Shown one piece after another: positions 28,829-37,365 of a stretch of DNA of 64,000 nt. The position numbers and the translations under genes were made by a program. Every line of letters begins with the position of its first letter. Position 1 is the first letter of the stretch. The stretch is taken from assembly GCA_963728205.1 (NCBI GenBank), contig CAVSIV010000001.1, positions 64,001 to 128,000 on the forward strand, written 5' to 3'. Under the pieces are notes generated by a model, which saw nothing but the letters and a program-made list of their open reading frames with translations, was not told where the DNA came from and did not search any database. The DNA comes from an uncultured Chloroflexia bacterium (lineage in GTDB: Bacteria; Chloroflexota; Dehalococcoidia; UBA2979).

Positions 28829-31795
28829 CTACCCCCGCGCCGCCGTCGCCGCGGCGAGCTCGCCGCCGACGACTCCGTCGCCGTTCGACTCCAGCCAGCC
28901 GCGCAGCTCGTGGCGCGAGCGCAGGCTGAGCTTGCGCAGCACGTTGTGCATGTGGGTGGTCACGGTGCGATGGCTGACCCACAGCATTCGCGCGATCTCC
29001 GCGTCGCGGAGGCCCTGCGCCGCCAGCCGCAGCACCTGCGACTCGCGCGGCGTGAGCTGGCGGCCGTCCGACCGCCGTGCGCGCGGCGGTCGCCGTCCGA
29101 GGTCGTGCAGGCGACGACGCACGGAGTTCAGCTCCGGCTCTGCGCCCATCTCGCGCAGCAGCTCGAACGCCGCGCCCAGGTGCTCCGCCGCGCCGTCGGG
29201 GTCGGTCGCGGCGAGCAGCGCGCCGGCGCGGTGACGCGCCCGCGCGGCGCGCCAGCGGTAGCCGCGCGCCCCAAAGGCCTCGGCGGCCGCGACGGAGCCT
29301 GCAGCGGCGTCGGCGTCGCGCCCCTCGGCGGCGGCGCCCTCCGCGCGGACGGCGAGCGCCTGCGCCGTGAACAGCGGCGACGCGCCCTCCGGGATCGACG
29401 CGAGGCAGGCGTCGAACGCGCCCACCGCCCGCAGCGTCCCGTCGCGGTCGCCGGCGGCGAGGTGCATCGCCGCGAGGCGCGGGTAGACCTCGAACAGCAG
29501 CGTGCGGCGGCGCGACGGTGTCTCGTCGATGAGCAGGCGCTCCGCGGCGTCGATGCGCTCCACCGCGCCCGCCACGTCGCCGTGGCTCCACGCGAGCTCG
29601 GACGCGGCGATCGCGTGCGCGACGCCGCGGCGCGGGTTGGTGTCGTCGTGCGCGCCCTCGAGCCCCGACGCGCCCAGCTCCATCTGCAGCGCGGCCTCGG
29701 CGGCGCGTCCGCGGAGCGACTCGAGGATGCTGAGCGTCGTGCGGCTCGCGGCGAGCGCGCGCAGGCGGTGCAGCGCGACGTCGGTCTGCACGGCGAGCCG
29801 CGCGGCGGCCCGCGCCTCCTCCCATTCGCCCGACTCCTGGTACGCCTGCGCCAGCCGCACCGACACCCACTCGAGCGCGGCGGAGTCCCCGCATCGCTGT
29901 GCGCGCTGCAGGCTGCGCCGCAGCCACCGGATCGCGCGCGGCAGCGTCTCGAGGTCGGCGAGGCAGTTGCCGACGCCCATCGACGCGCGTGCCACCGCGC
30001 GTTCGCTCCTCGAGCGCCGGGCCAGCTCGAGCGCGTGCTGCACGACGACGAGCGACGCCCGCGGCTCGCCCGCGTAGTGGATCAGCGAGTGGTACGAGAC
30101 CCAGATGTCCGACGCGAGCTCCAGCTCGCCGAGCTGCTCCGCGTCCTCCGCCGCCTGCTTCGCCAGGCGGCGCGCCTCATCGTGGCGGCCGAGCTGATCG
30201 GCGACGCGGCCGGCGTCCTCCGCTGCGCGCAGCCGCAGCTGCGGCGTGAGGTCCGGGTCGTCGAGCAGCGTGCGGTAGAGGCGCAGGGCTTCGGCGTCGT
30301 GGCCGGCGGAGACGCGGTCGCGCGCCGCGCGCATCAGAATGCGCGCGCGGGCGTCGGGGTCGCGCACGGTCGGGCGCGCGGTGGCGATCACCTGCTCGGC
30401 ATCGCGCCACTCGCCCAGCCGCGACGACGCCTCGGCGAGCAGCGCGTACGCGCCCTCCGGCACGGAGTCGACGTGGCGCTCGGCGGCCACGCGCGCCATC
30501 AGCCGCGTGAGCAGGTCGCGCGACTGCGCGTAGCGGCTGGTTGCGTTGAGGCGCCGCGCCGCGCGCATCACGGTCTCGAGCCGCGCGGCGTCGATCGGCG
30601 CCGCGCCGCGCACGTAGTGCTCGGCGGCAGTGACGGCGGTGTCGTCCTCCTCGCCGCTGCCGGTCGCCGCCCCGAGCAGCGCGGCGGCGCGGTCGTGCAG
30701 CCGCTGGCGCTCGAGGACGGCCGTGTCCTCGAGCACGACCAGCTGCAGCATCGGGTCGCCCAGCCGCAGGCGGACCGGCACGGTCCGCTCCGATACGAGG
30801 ATCAGACCGCGCTGCTCGAGGTGCTCGGCGGCGCGGAACGTCGTCTCCGGGTCGAGGCCGGTGAGGGACTGCAGATCGGCGAGCGTCGCGGGCGCGCGCC
30901 ACACGGCGAGCGCGCGCACGAGCCGGCCCTCGTCGGCGTCGAGCGCCTCCAGCGCGGGTGCCAGGCGGTCGCGCAGCCGCTCGGGGGCGCGGATGGTGGT
31001 GAGCGATCGCGCCCCGAGCAGGATCTGCGCGCGGTCACGCGGCGGCAGGCGCAGCAGCTCGTCGACGACCGAGCGCACCTGCAGCGGGTTGCCGCTCGTG
31101 AGCTCGGCGAGGTCGTGGGTGAAGGACGCGGTCCGGCTCTCGAGGTCGGGGTGCGCGGCGATCATTCTGTCGATGCTCGCCGCCGAGAGCGGCGGCAGCT
31201 CGACGACATCGAACAGCGGGCTGCCGCGCAGGTCCGAGAGGAGCGCGGCGGCCTCGGGCGTCAGCGCCACGCCGCGCGGCGCGGTGACGACGAGCGCGAA
31301 CGGCCCGGTGGGCGGCCGCCGCGCGAGATCGCGGATCAGCGCGACGTCCTCGGGGCTGCAGCGGTGCAGGTCGTCGATCACGAGCGCGGCCGGCCGGCGC
31401 CGCGCGACGAGCGCGTCGAGCTCGGAGCGCGCGCGGCGGGCGAGCGCGGCCGGTCGCGTCTCCGGCGTCTCACCGGGCTGCAGTTCCTCCGCGACGCGCG
31501 CGGCGAGCAGCAGCGGCAGGCGGCGATCGAGCGCGTGGTGCACGATCGTCGTGAAGTCGCGGGCGCGGGCGAGGTGCGCGACCTCGTCGGCGAAGGTCGT
31601 GCGGCCGATGCCGGTGGGGCCCGTGGCGGCGAGGCCGGCGGCTGCGCCGTCGGCGGCGGCGTCGAGCGCGCGCGTCGCGGCAGCGAGATCGGCGTCGCGC
31701 CCCACCAGCGTCGGTCGTCCGGCCGCTGCGGCCGTGCCGGCGGTCGTGGAGGGCCGGAACGAGGGCGGGACGAGGAGCGGCGGGGACTCGGGCAT
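28829..31795 (-). CDS. Large ATP-binding LuxR-family (LAL/MalT-like) transcriptional regulator
   Basis: LVGRDADL, P-loop GPTGIGRT, LVIDDLH, SGNPL, TPR-like helices, C-terminal LTPRESQVLRLAAQG...EIA...TVTTH HTH. Confidence 0.9.
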   Translation of the reverse strand: MPESPPLLVPPSFRPSTTAGTAAAAGRPTLVGRDADLAAATRALDAAADGAAAGLAATGPTGIGRTTFADEVAHLARARDFTTIVHHALDRRLPLLLAARVAEELQPGETPETRPAALARRARSELDALVARRRPAALVIDDLHRCSPEDVALIRDLARRPPTGPFALVVTAPRGVALTPEAAALLSDLRGSPLFDVVELPPLSAASIDRMIAAHPDLESRTASFTHDLAELTSGNPLQVRSVVDELLRLPPRDRAQILLGARSLTTIRAPERLRDRLAPALEALDADEGRLVRALAVWRAPATLADLQSLTGLDPETTFRAAEHLEQRGLILVSERTVPVRLRLGDPMLQLVVLEDTAVLERQRLHDRAAALLGAATGSGEEDDTAVTAAEHYVRGAAPIDAARLETVMRAARRLNATSRYAQSRDLLTRLMARVAAERHVDSVPEGAYALLAEASSRLGEWRDAEQVIATARPTVRDPDARARILMRAARDRVSAGHDAEALRLYRTLLDDPDLTPQLRLRAAEDAGRVADQLGRHDEARRLAKQAAEDAEQLGELELASDIWVSYHSLIHYAGEPRASLVVVQHALELARRSRSERAVARASMGVGNCLADLETLPRAIRWLRRSLQRAQRCGDSAALEWVSVRLAQAYQESGEWEEARAAARLAVQTDVALHRLRALAASRTTLSILESLRGRAAEAALQMELGASGLEGAHDDTNPRRGVAHAIAASELAWSHGDVAGAVERIDAAERLLIDETPSRRRTLLFEVYPRLAAMHLAAGDRDGTLRAVGAFDACLASIPEGASPLFTAQALAVRAEGAAAEGRDADAAAGSVAAAEAFGARGYRWRAARARHRAGALLAATDPDGAAEHLGAAFELLREMGAEPELNSVRRRLHDLGRRPPRARRSDGRQLTPRESQVLRLAAQGLRDAEIARMLWVSHRTVTTHMHNVLRKLSLRSRHELRGWLESNGDGVVGGELAAATAARG

Positions 31796-31832
31796 GCCCG
31801 CGAGTCTAGCCGTGCCGGGCCCTGCCGTGGAA

Positions 31833-31898
31833 ATACGTATTGCTCAGGTTCGGGCTACGTAGGTTGCGTAGTGGCCCCGACGGTGTGCTCCATATGAT
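31833..31898 (+). promoter_or_regulatory. Putative activator site plus -10 box upstream of SBP 2
   Basis: ATACGTA-N17-ACGTAG-GTT-GCGTAG, then TATGAT 21 nt later. Confidence 0.55.
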
Positions 31899-32004
31899 CG
31901 CGTGGGGGATAGGTCCGGCGGCTCGCGATCCAGCGGCGTCGCCGGCTCGCAACGCGGGTGGGCGCGCTTCACACCCGTTTCGCTCAATGACCCGGAGGGA
32001 ACCG

Positions 32005-33678
32005 ATGAACAGGGACAACTACTGGACGACGCGTCGCGTCAGCCGCCGGACGTGGCTGCGCGGGGCCGGGATCGGCGCGGCCGGCCTCGCCGGCGCCGCG
32101 CTGATCGGCTGCGGCAGCAGCGGCAACGCCACGGCGACGCCCGCAGCGGGGGGCGGCGGTGCGACCGGCGGCGCCACCGGCACGGCCACGGCGGCCCCGA
32201 AGAGCATCCCGCACGGCGGGACGCTCGACGTCGCCAACGGCCTCGAGCCGTCGTCGCTCGACCCGCAGAAGGCCGTCAGCGGCGGCGACGACTACTACTA
32301 CAACGGCATCTTCGAGACGCTCGTCGCCTACGACCAGAACAGCCAGCTCGACAAGGCCAAGGGCCTCTCGGAGTCCTTCGAGGTGGTCGACCAGCAGACG
32401 ATCACCTTCCACCTGCGCAAGGGCATCAAGTTTCACGACGGCTCGGACTTCACGTCTGAGTCGGTCCAGTTCTCGATCGCCCGCGCCCAGGACCCGAAGT
32501 TCGGATCGATCGCGTTCTCGTCGCTGAAGTCGGTCGCCTCCGTCGAGACGCCCGACCCGAACACGGCGACGTTCAAGCTGAACAAGCCCGACCCCGACCT
32601 GGTCTACAACCTCGGCAGCCGCTACGGCGGCTGGATGATGTCGAAGTCGGCCGTCGAGGCCGCCGGCTCCGAGGTCGGTGCGAAGCCGGTGGGCACCGGC
32701 CCCTTCCAGTTCGGCGAGTGGGTGTCGGGCAGCCGCGTCACCTGGAAGCGCAACCCCGGCTACTGGCGCAAGGACGCCAACGGCGAGACGCTGCCGTACC
32801 TCGACGGCGTCAACATTCACATCATCGCCGACTCCACGACGGCCATCGCGGCCCTCCTCAACGGCGATGTCGCGATCGCGGGCGTCTCGGGGAAGGACCT
32901 CCCGAAGGTCCAGGGCAACAGCGACTTCAACCTGCTGAAGCGCGAGGGCACGGGTCTCCCGCACGTCCTCATCTTCAACAAGAGCATCCCGCCGTTCGAC
33001 AACGTCGACCTGCGCCGCGCGATCGTGTGGGCGGTCGACGCCAAGACGATCAACAAGTCCGTGTACCTCGACACGAACATCGTCGCCGACGGCTGGGGAT
33101 ACCCGCCCGGCACCTGGGCGTACAAGCCGATCGCGGGTCGTCCGACCTTCGACCTCAACAAGGCGAAGGGCTTCCTGCAGAGCTCGGGTAAGAGCGGCGC
33201 GAGCTTCGACTCGATGGTCTACTCCTCGCCGACGGTGGTGCAGCAGGCCGAGGTCGTGCAGGAGCAGCTGCGCCAGATCGGCCTGAACATGAACATAGTC
33301 ACGGAGGACGTCGGCCAGGCCACGACCGACTTCTTCTCGAACCACAAGACGCCCATGTACTCGACGGGCTGGAGCCTGAAGGTCGTCCCGGACACGCTCG
33401 TGAGCCCGACGCTGTCGAAGGACGGGTTCTACAACCCGGCGAAGGACACGGACCCCGAGCTGCAGGCGATGATCGACCAGGCGAAGACCGAGTACGACCA
33501 GGCGAAGCGCGTCGATCTCTACACGAAGATCGGTGCCTACGCGATGGACCAGGCGCTCTACGTGCCGATGCTCTACGGCGTCTCCCACGTGGGCGTCGCG
33601 AAGAAGGTCGGCGGCCAGGACTCGCTGTGGACGAACGAGGCCCGGCTCCAGTACGACGGAGCGTGGCTGCAGGCGTAG
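32005..33678 (+). CDS. Family 5 ABC substrate-binding protein with a Tat/lipoprotein signal
   Basis: GGAGG RBS; RRVSRRTWLRG...AALIGC; LRKGIKFHDG, PVGTGPF, PPFDNVDLRRA. Confidence 0.92.
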   Translation: MNRDNYWTTRRVSRRTWLRGAGIGAAGLAGAALIGCGSSGNATATPAAGGGGATGGATGTATAAPKSIPHGGTLDVANGLEPSSLDPQKAVSGGDDYYYNGIFETLVAYDQNSQLDKAKGLSESFEVVDQQTITFHLRKGIKFHDGSDFTSESVQFSIARAQDPKFGSIAFSSLKSVASVETPDPNTATFKLNKPDPDLVYNLGSRYGGWMMSKSAVEAAGSEVGAKPVGTGPFQFGEWVSGSRVTWKRNPGYWRKDANGETLPYLDGVNIHIIADSTTAIAALLNGDVAIAGVSGKDLPKVQGNSDFNLLKREGTGLPHVLIFNKSIPPFDNVDLRRAIVWAVDAKTINKSVYLDTNIVADGWGYPPGTWAYKPIAGRPTFDLNKAKGFLQSSGKSGASFDSMVYSSPTVVQQAEVVQEQLRQIGLNMNIVTEDVGQATTDFFSNHKTPMYSTGWSLKVVPDTLVSPTLSKDGFYNPAKDTDPELQAMIDQAKTEYDQAKRVDLYTKIGAYAMDQALYVPMLYGVSHVGVAKKVGGQDSLWTNEARLQYDGAWLQA

Positions 33679-33694
33679 CGAGCGACGCACGCCC

Positions 33695-33737
33695 GGACCC
33701 GGTCGCGCGGCGGCACGCCCGCCGCGCGATCGGGTCC
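33695..33737 (+). terminator. GC-rich hairpin after SBP 2
   Basis: GGACCCGGTCGCGCGGCGG...CCGCCGCGCGATCGGGTCC stem-loop; no U-tract. Confidence 0.5.
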
Positions 33738-33777
33738 CGCACTTCCGAACCCGGCCTGCGAAGAGGCGAGGTCCTCG

Positions 33778-34734
33778 ATGTGGACGTACATCGTTCGACG
33801 CCTGCTGCAGGCGATCCCGCTCATCCTCGTGATCACGTTCCTCTCCTACTCGCTCCTGCTGCTGCTGCCGGGCGACCCGGTGCTGGCGCTGCTCACGGGT
33901 GGTGACGAGACGCTCACGCCGGAGGCTTACCAGGCGCAGCGCCATCGGCTCGGCCTCGACAAGCCGATCCCCGTCCAGTACGTGCTGTGGCTGGAGCGCA
34001 CCGCCACCGGCGATCTCGGCCGCTCGACGAAGACGAGCCGGCCGGTCTCCGAGGAGCTGAAGACGCGCCTGCCGGTGACGCTGCAGCTGGGCGCCGCGGC
34101 GCTCCTGTTCGCGCTCGCAGTGGGGATCCCGATCGGCGTCGCGAGCGCCGTCTGGCGCAACTCCTGGCTGGATCGAGGCGCGACGGCGCTCGCGGTCGGA
34201 GGCGTCGCCGTCCCCGACTTCTGGTTCGCGATCATCCTGATCCTGCTGTTCTCCGAGCGGCTGCACCTGCTGCCCGCGGTTGGCTATGCGAGCCTGCTCA
34301 GCCACCCGACGAAGGCCCTCAAGCTGATGATCATGCCGGTGCTCGTGCTCGGCTGGGGCGCGACCGCCCTGCTCGCACGGCAGATGCGTTCGTCGATGCT
34401 CGAAGTGCTGCAGCAGGACTACATGCGCACCGCGCGCGCGAAGGGCCTGTCGGGCCGGCGGGTCGTCTGGGTGCACGCGCTGCGCAACGCGCTGCTGCCG
34501 GTCGTCACGATCGTCGGGCTGCTCGTCGGACGGCTTTTCGCGGGCACCGTCATCGTCGAGCGCGTGTTCTCCATCCCCGGCATGGGGCGGTTCCTCGTCG
34601 ACTCGGTCTTCAACCGCGACTTCCCGGTGACGCAGGCGACGGTGCTGATCGTGGCGGTATCGGTGATCGCCGCGAACCTGCTCACGGATATCGCTTACGC
34701 GTGGCTCGACCCGCGCATCCGGTACGGGAGCTGA
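33778..34734 (+). CDS. ABC transporter permease (OppB/DppB-like)
   Basis: PGDPV, GDLGRS, PDFW, TARAKGL...HALRNA, DPRIR. Confidence 0.93.
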   Translation: MWTYIVRRLLQAIPLILVITFLSYSLLLLLPGDPVLALLTGGDETLTPEAYQAQRHRLGLDKPIPVQYVLWLERTATGDLGRSTKTSRPVSEELKTRLPVTLQLGAAALLFALAVGIPIGVASAVWRNSWLDRGATALAVGGVAVPDFWFAIILILLFSERLHLLPAVGYASLLSHPTKALKLMIMPVLVLGWGATALLARQMRSSMLEVLQQDYMRTARAKGLSGRRVVWVHALRNALLPVVTIVGLLVGRLFAGTVIVERVFSIPGMGRFLVDSVFNRDFPVTQATVLIVAVSVIAANLLTDIAYAWLDPRIRYGS

Positions 34735-34736
34735 GG

Positions 34737-35648
34737 ATGGTCGAACGACAACTCCCGGCAACGACGGCATCGTCGCGGAGCGGCGAGGGCCTCGCGCGCG
34801 CGTGGCACGACGGCCTCGACTTCTTCCGGCGGCTGATGCGGGTGCGCCTCGCGGCGCCGGCGCTCGCGTTCATCCTGCTGGTGTTCTTCTGCGCGATCTT
34901 CGCGCCGCTGATCTCGCCGTACGACCCGCGCACACAGGACCCGGTCGCGAGTCTCGCGTCGTTCAGCCGCGCGCACCTGCTCGGCGGCGACCAGCTGGGA
35001 CGCGACGAGCTGACGCGCCTGATCTACGGCTCGCGCGTCGCGCTCGGCATCGGGTTCGGGTCCGTGGCGTTCGGCGTGCTGCTCGGCATGCCGCTGGGCA
35101 TCGTCAGCGGCTACATCCGTGGTGCGCTCGACGACCTGATCATGCGGTTCATGGACGCGGTCGTCGCGTTCCCAGGGCTGATCCTCGCGCTCGGGCTGGT
35201 GGCGGTGCGCGGGGCGAGCATCCTCAACCTCATCCTCGCAATCGGCGTCGCGAACGTGCCGTGGATCGCGCGCGTCACGCGCAGCCAGGTGCTGAGCGTG
35301 CGCGAGCAGGACTACGTGCAGGCGGCGCGCTCCCTCGGCGCGGGGCACCTCCGCGTCATGCGCGTGCACATCCTGCGCAACTCGATCCAGCCCGTGATCG
35401 TGCAGAGCACGCTCGGCCTGGGATACGCGGTGCTGGCCGAGGCCGGGCTGTCGTTCCTCGGGGTCGGCGTGCCGCCGCCGACGCCGACCTGGGGCTCGAT
35501 GCTGCAGTTCGCGTTTGGGTTCCTGTCGATCCAGCCGTGGCTCTCGATCATCCCCGGCCTCGCGATCTTCCTGCTGGTGCTCTCGTTCAACCTGCTGGGC
35601 GACGCGCTGCGCGACGTGCTCGACCCGCGCCTGCGCGGCTCGATCTAG
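34737..35648 (+). CDS. ABC transporter permease (OppC/DppC-like)
   Basis: HLLGGDQLGRD, EAGLSFLGVG, NLLGDALRDVLDP. Confidence 0.93.
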   Translation: MVERQLPATTASSRSGEGLARAWHDGLDFFRRLMRVRLAAPALAFILLVFFCAIFAPLISPYDPRTQDPVASLASFSRAHLLGGDQLGRDELTRLIYGSRVALGIGFGSVAFGVLLGMPLGIVSGYIRGALDDLIMRFMDAVVAFPGLILALGLVAVRGASILNLILAIGVANVPWIARVTRSQVLSVREQDYVQAARSLGAGHLRVMRVHILRNSIQPVIVQSTLGLGYAVLAEAGLSFLGVGVPPPTPTWGSMLQFAFGFLSIQPWLSIIPGLAIFLLVLSFNLLGDALRDVLDPRLRGSI

Positions 35649-35655
35649 GGGCGCG

Positions 35656-35732
35656 AAGCGGCGGCAGACATGCCGCCGACTGATCGCGGCCCCGTGGGCC
35701 GCGCCGGCATCGGCGGCATGCTGCCGCCGCTT
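35656..35732. repeat. Family A palindrome
   Basis: AAGCGGCGGCAGACATGCCGCCGA...TCGGCGGCATGCTGCCGCCGCTT. Confidence 0.85.
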
Positions 35733-35799
35733 GACACGAAGTGCCGCGGCAGGTGGGGCCGGGCCCCCACGCCCGCCGCGCGCCCGAGGAGGCGACGAC

Positions 35800-37365
35800 A
35801 TGACCTGGGAACCCGAGATCCAGGAGCTCGAACGGCGTCGCGCGCTCGCGCTCGAGATGGGCGGCCCCGACCGCGTCCGCGAGCAGCACGAGCGCGGCAA
35901 GCTCTCCGTTCGCGAGCGCATCGACGCGCTCGCCGACCCCGGCTCGTTCCGCGAGCGCGGCGCCCTCGCCGGCAGCGCCGACTACGAGGACGGCGAGCTG
36001 CGCGCGTTCCGCCCATCGCCCTTCGTCATGGGGCTCGTGCGGCTCGACGGCCGCCCCGCCGTCGTCGGCGGCGGCGACTACACCTCGCGCGGCCGCCCCG
36101 CGAGCGGCGGGGGCGGCGGCCAGGGCGGCCCGACCAAGACCGCGCAGCTCTACGAGATCGCACGTGACCTCAAGCTGCCGCTCGTCCAGCTGATCGACGC
36201 CTTCGGCGCGGACATCCGCGCGATCGAGGCGATCGGCCGCACCTACATCCCGGCCAACCCGCACTGGGAGATGGTCGTCGACCTGATGGGCGAGGTGCCG
36301 GTGGTCGCGGCCGGCCTCGGCGCGGTGGCGGGGCTGCCGGCCGCGCAGATCGCCGCCACGCACTTCTCCGTGATGGTGAAGGGCGTGTCGCAGGTCTTCG
36401 CCGCCGGCCCGCCGGTCGTGCAGCGCGCCCTGGGACACGAGATCACGAAGGAGGAGCTGGGTGGCGCCGCCGTCCACGCGCACGGCAGCGGCGTCGTCGA
36501 CAACGAGGCCGAGGACGAGGCCGACGCCTTCCGCCAGGTCCGCGCCTTCCTCTCCTATTTGCCGAGCAGCATCTACGAGCACCCGCCCGTCTGCTCGACC
36601 GATGACCCCGCCGACCGCCGCGAGGAGGCGCTGCTCTCGCTGATCCCGCGCGACCGCAACCGCCCATACAACCCGCGGAAGATGGTCGAGCTGATCGTGG
36701 ACGGCGGCTCGGCGTTCGAGATGGGGCGCTACTACGGCCGCTCGCTGGTCACGATGTTCGCGCGGCTCGACGGCAAGCCCGTCGGTGTGCTGGCCAACGA
36801 CCCGATGGCCGCGGGCGGCGCGATGGACGCGGCGGCGGCGCAGAAGTTCGAGAAGTTCGTCGACCTCTGCGACACGTTCCACCTGCCGGTCGTGAACTTC
36901 GTCGACCAGCCCGGCTTCATGATCGGGCGGGCGGCGGAGGCGAGCGGCACGCTCAAGCAGGGCGTGCGCGCGCTGTCGGCGCTGTACCAGGCGAGCATCC
37001 CCTGGGCGACGGTCGTGGTGCGGCGCGTGTACGGTGTCGCCGGCGCCGGGCACCAGAACCACGCGCGCTTCAACTTCCGCGTCGCGTGGCCGTCGGCGGA
37101 GTGGGGGTCGCTGCCGATCGAGGGCGGCGTGATGGCGGCGTACCGCCGGCAGATCGAAGCGGCGGAGGACCCCGTCGCGTTCCGCGAGGACCTCGAGCAG
37201 CGGCTGGTCGCGATGCGCTCGCCCTTCCGCACGGCCGAGGCGTACAACATCGAGGACATCATCGACCCGCGGGAGACGCGCCCCATGCTCTGCGAGTGGG
37301 TGAACCTGGCCTATCGCGTCGTGCCGACGCTGCTCGGCCCGCGCGCGCGACGGATGCGCCCGTGA
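35800..37365 (+). CDS. Acyl-CoA carboxylase carboxyltransferase (beta) subunit
   Basis: GGAGG RBS; MGGPDRV..QHERGKLSVRERI, FAAGPPVV, EELGG, FVDQPGFMIG, DIIDPRETR. Confidence 0.9.
   Translation: MTWEPEIQELERRRALALEMGGPDRVREQHERGKLSVRERIDALADPGSFRERGALAGSADYEDGELRAFRPSPFVMGLVRLDGRPAVVGGGDYTSRGRPASGGGGGQGGPTKTAQLYEIARDLKLPLVQLIDAFGADIRAIEAIGRTYIPANPHWEMVVDLMGEVPVVAAGLGAVAGLPAAQIAATHFSVMVKGVSQVFAAGPPVVQRALGHEITKEELGGAAVHAHGSGVVDNEAEDEADAFRQVRAFLSYLPSSIYEHPPVCSTDDPADRREEALLSLIPRDRNRPYNPRKMVELIVDGGSAFEMGRYYGRSLVTMFARLDGKPVGVLANDPMAAGGAMDAAAAQKFEKFVDLCDTFHLPVVNFVDQPGFMIGRAAEASGTLKQGVRALSALYQASIPWATVVVRRVYGVAGAGHQNHARFNFRVAWPSAEWGSLPIEGGVMAAYRRQIEAAEDPVAFREDLEQRLVAMRSPFRTAEAYNIEDIIDPRETRPMLCEWVNLAYRVVPTLLGPRARRMRP

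Noticed and set aside
28793-34770. Long antisense ORFs (1034 aa plus strand, 928 aa minus strand)
   Set aside because: Shadow frames of the LuxR regulator and ABC genes
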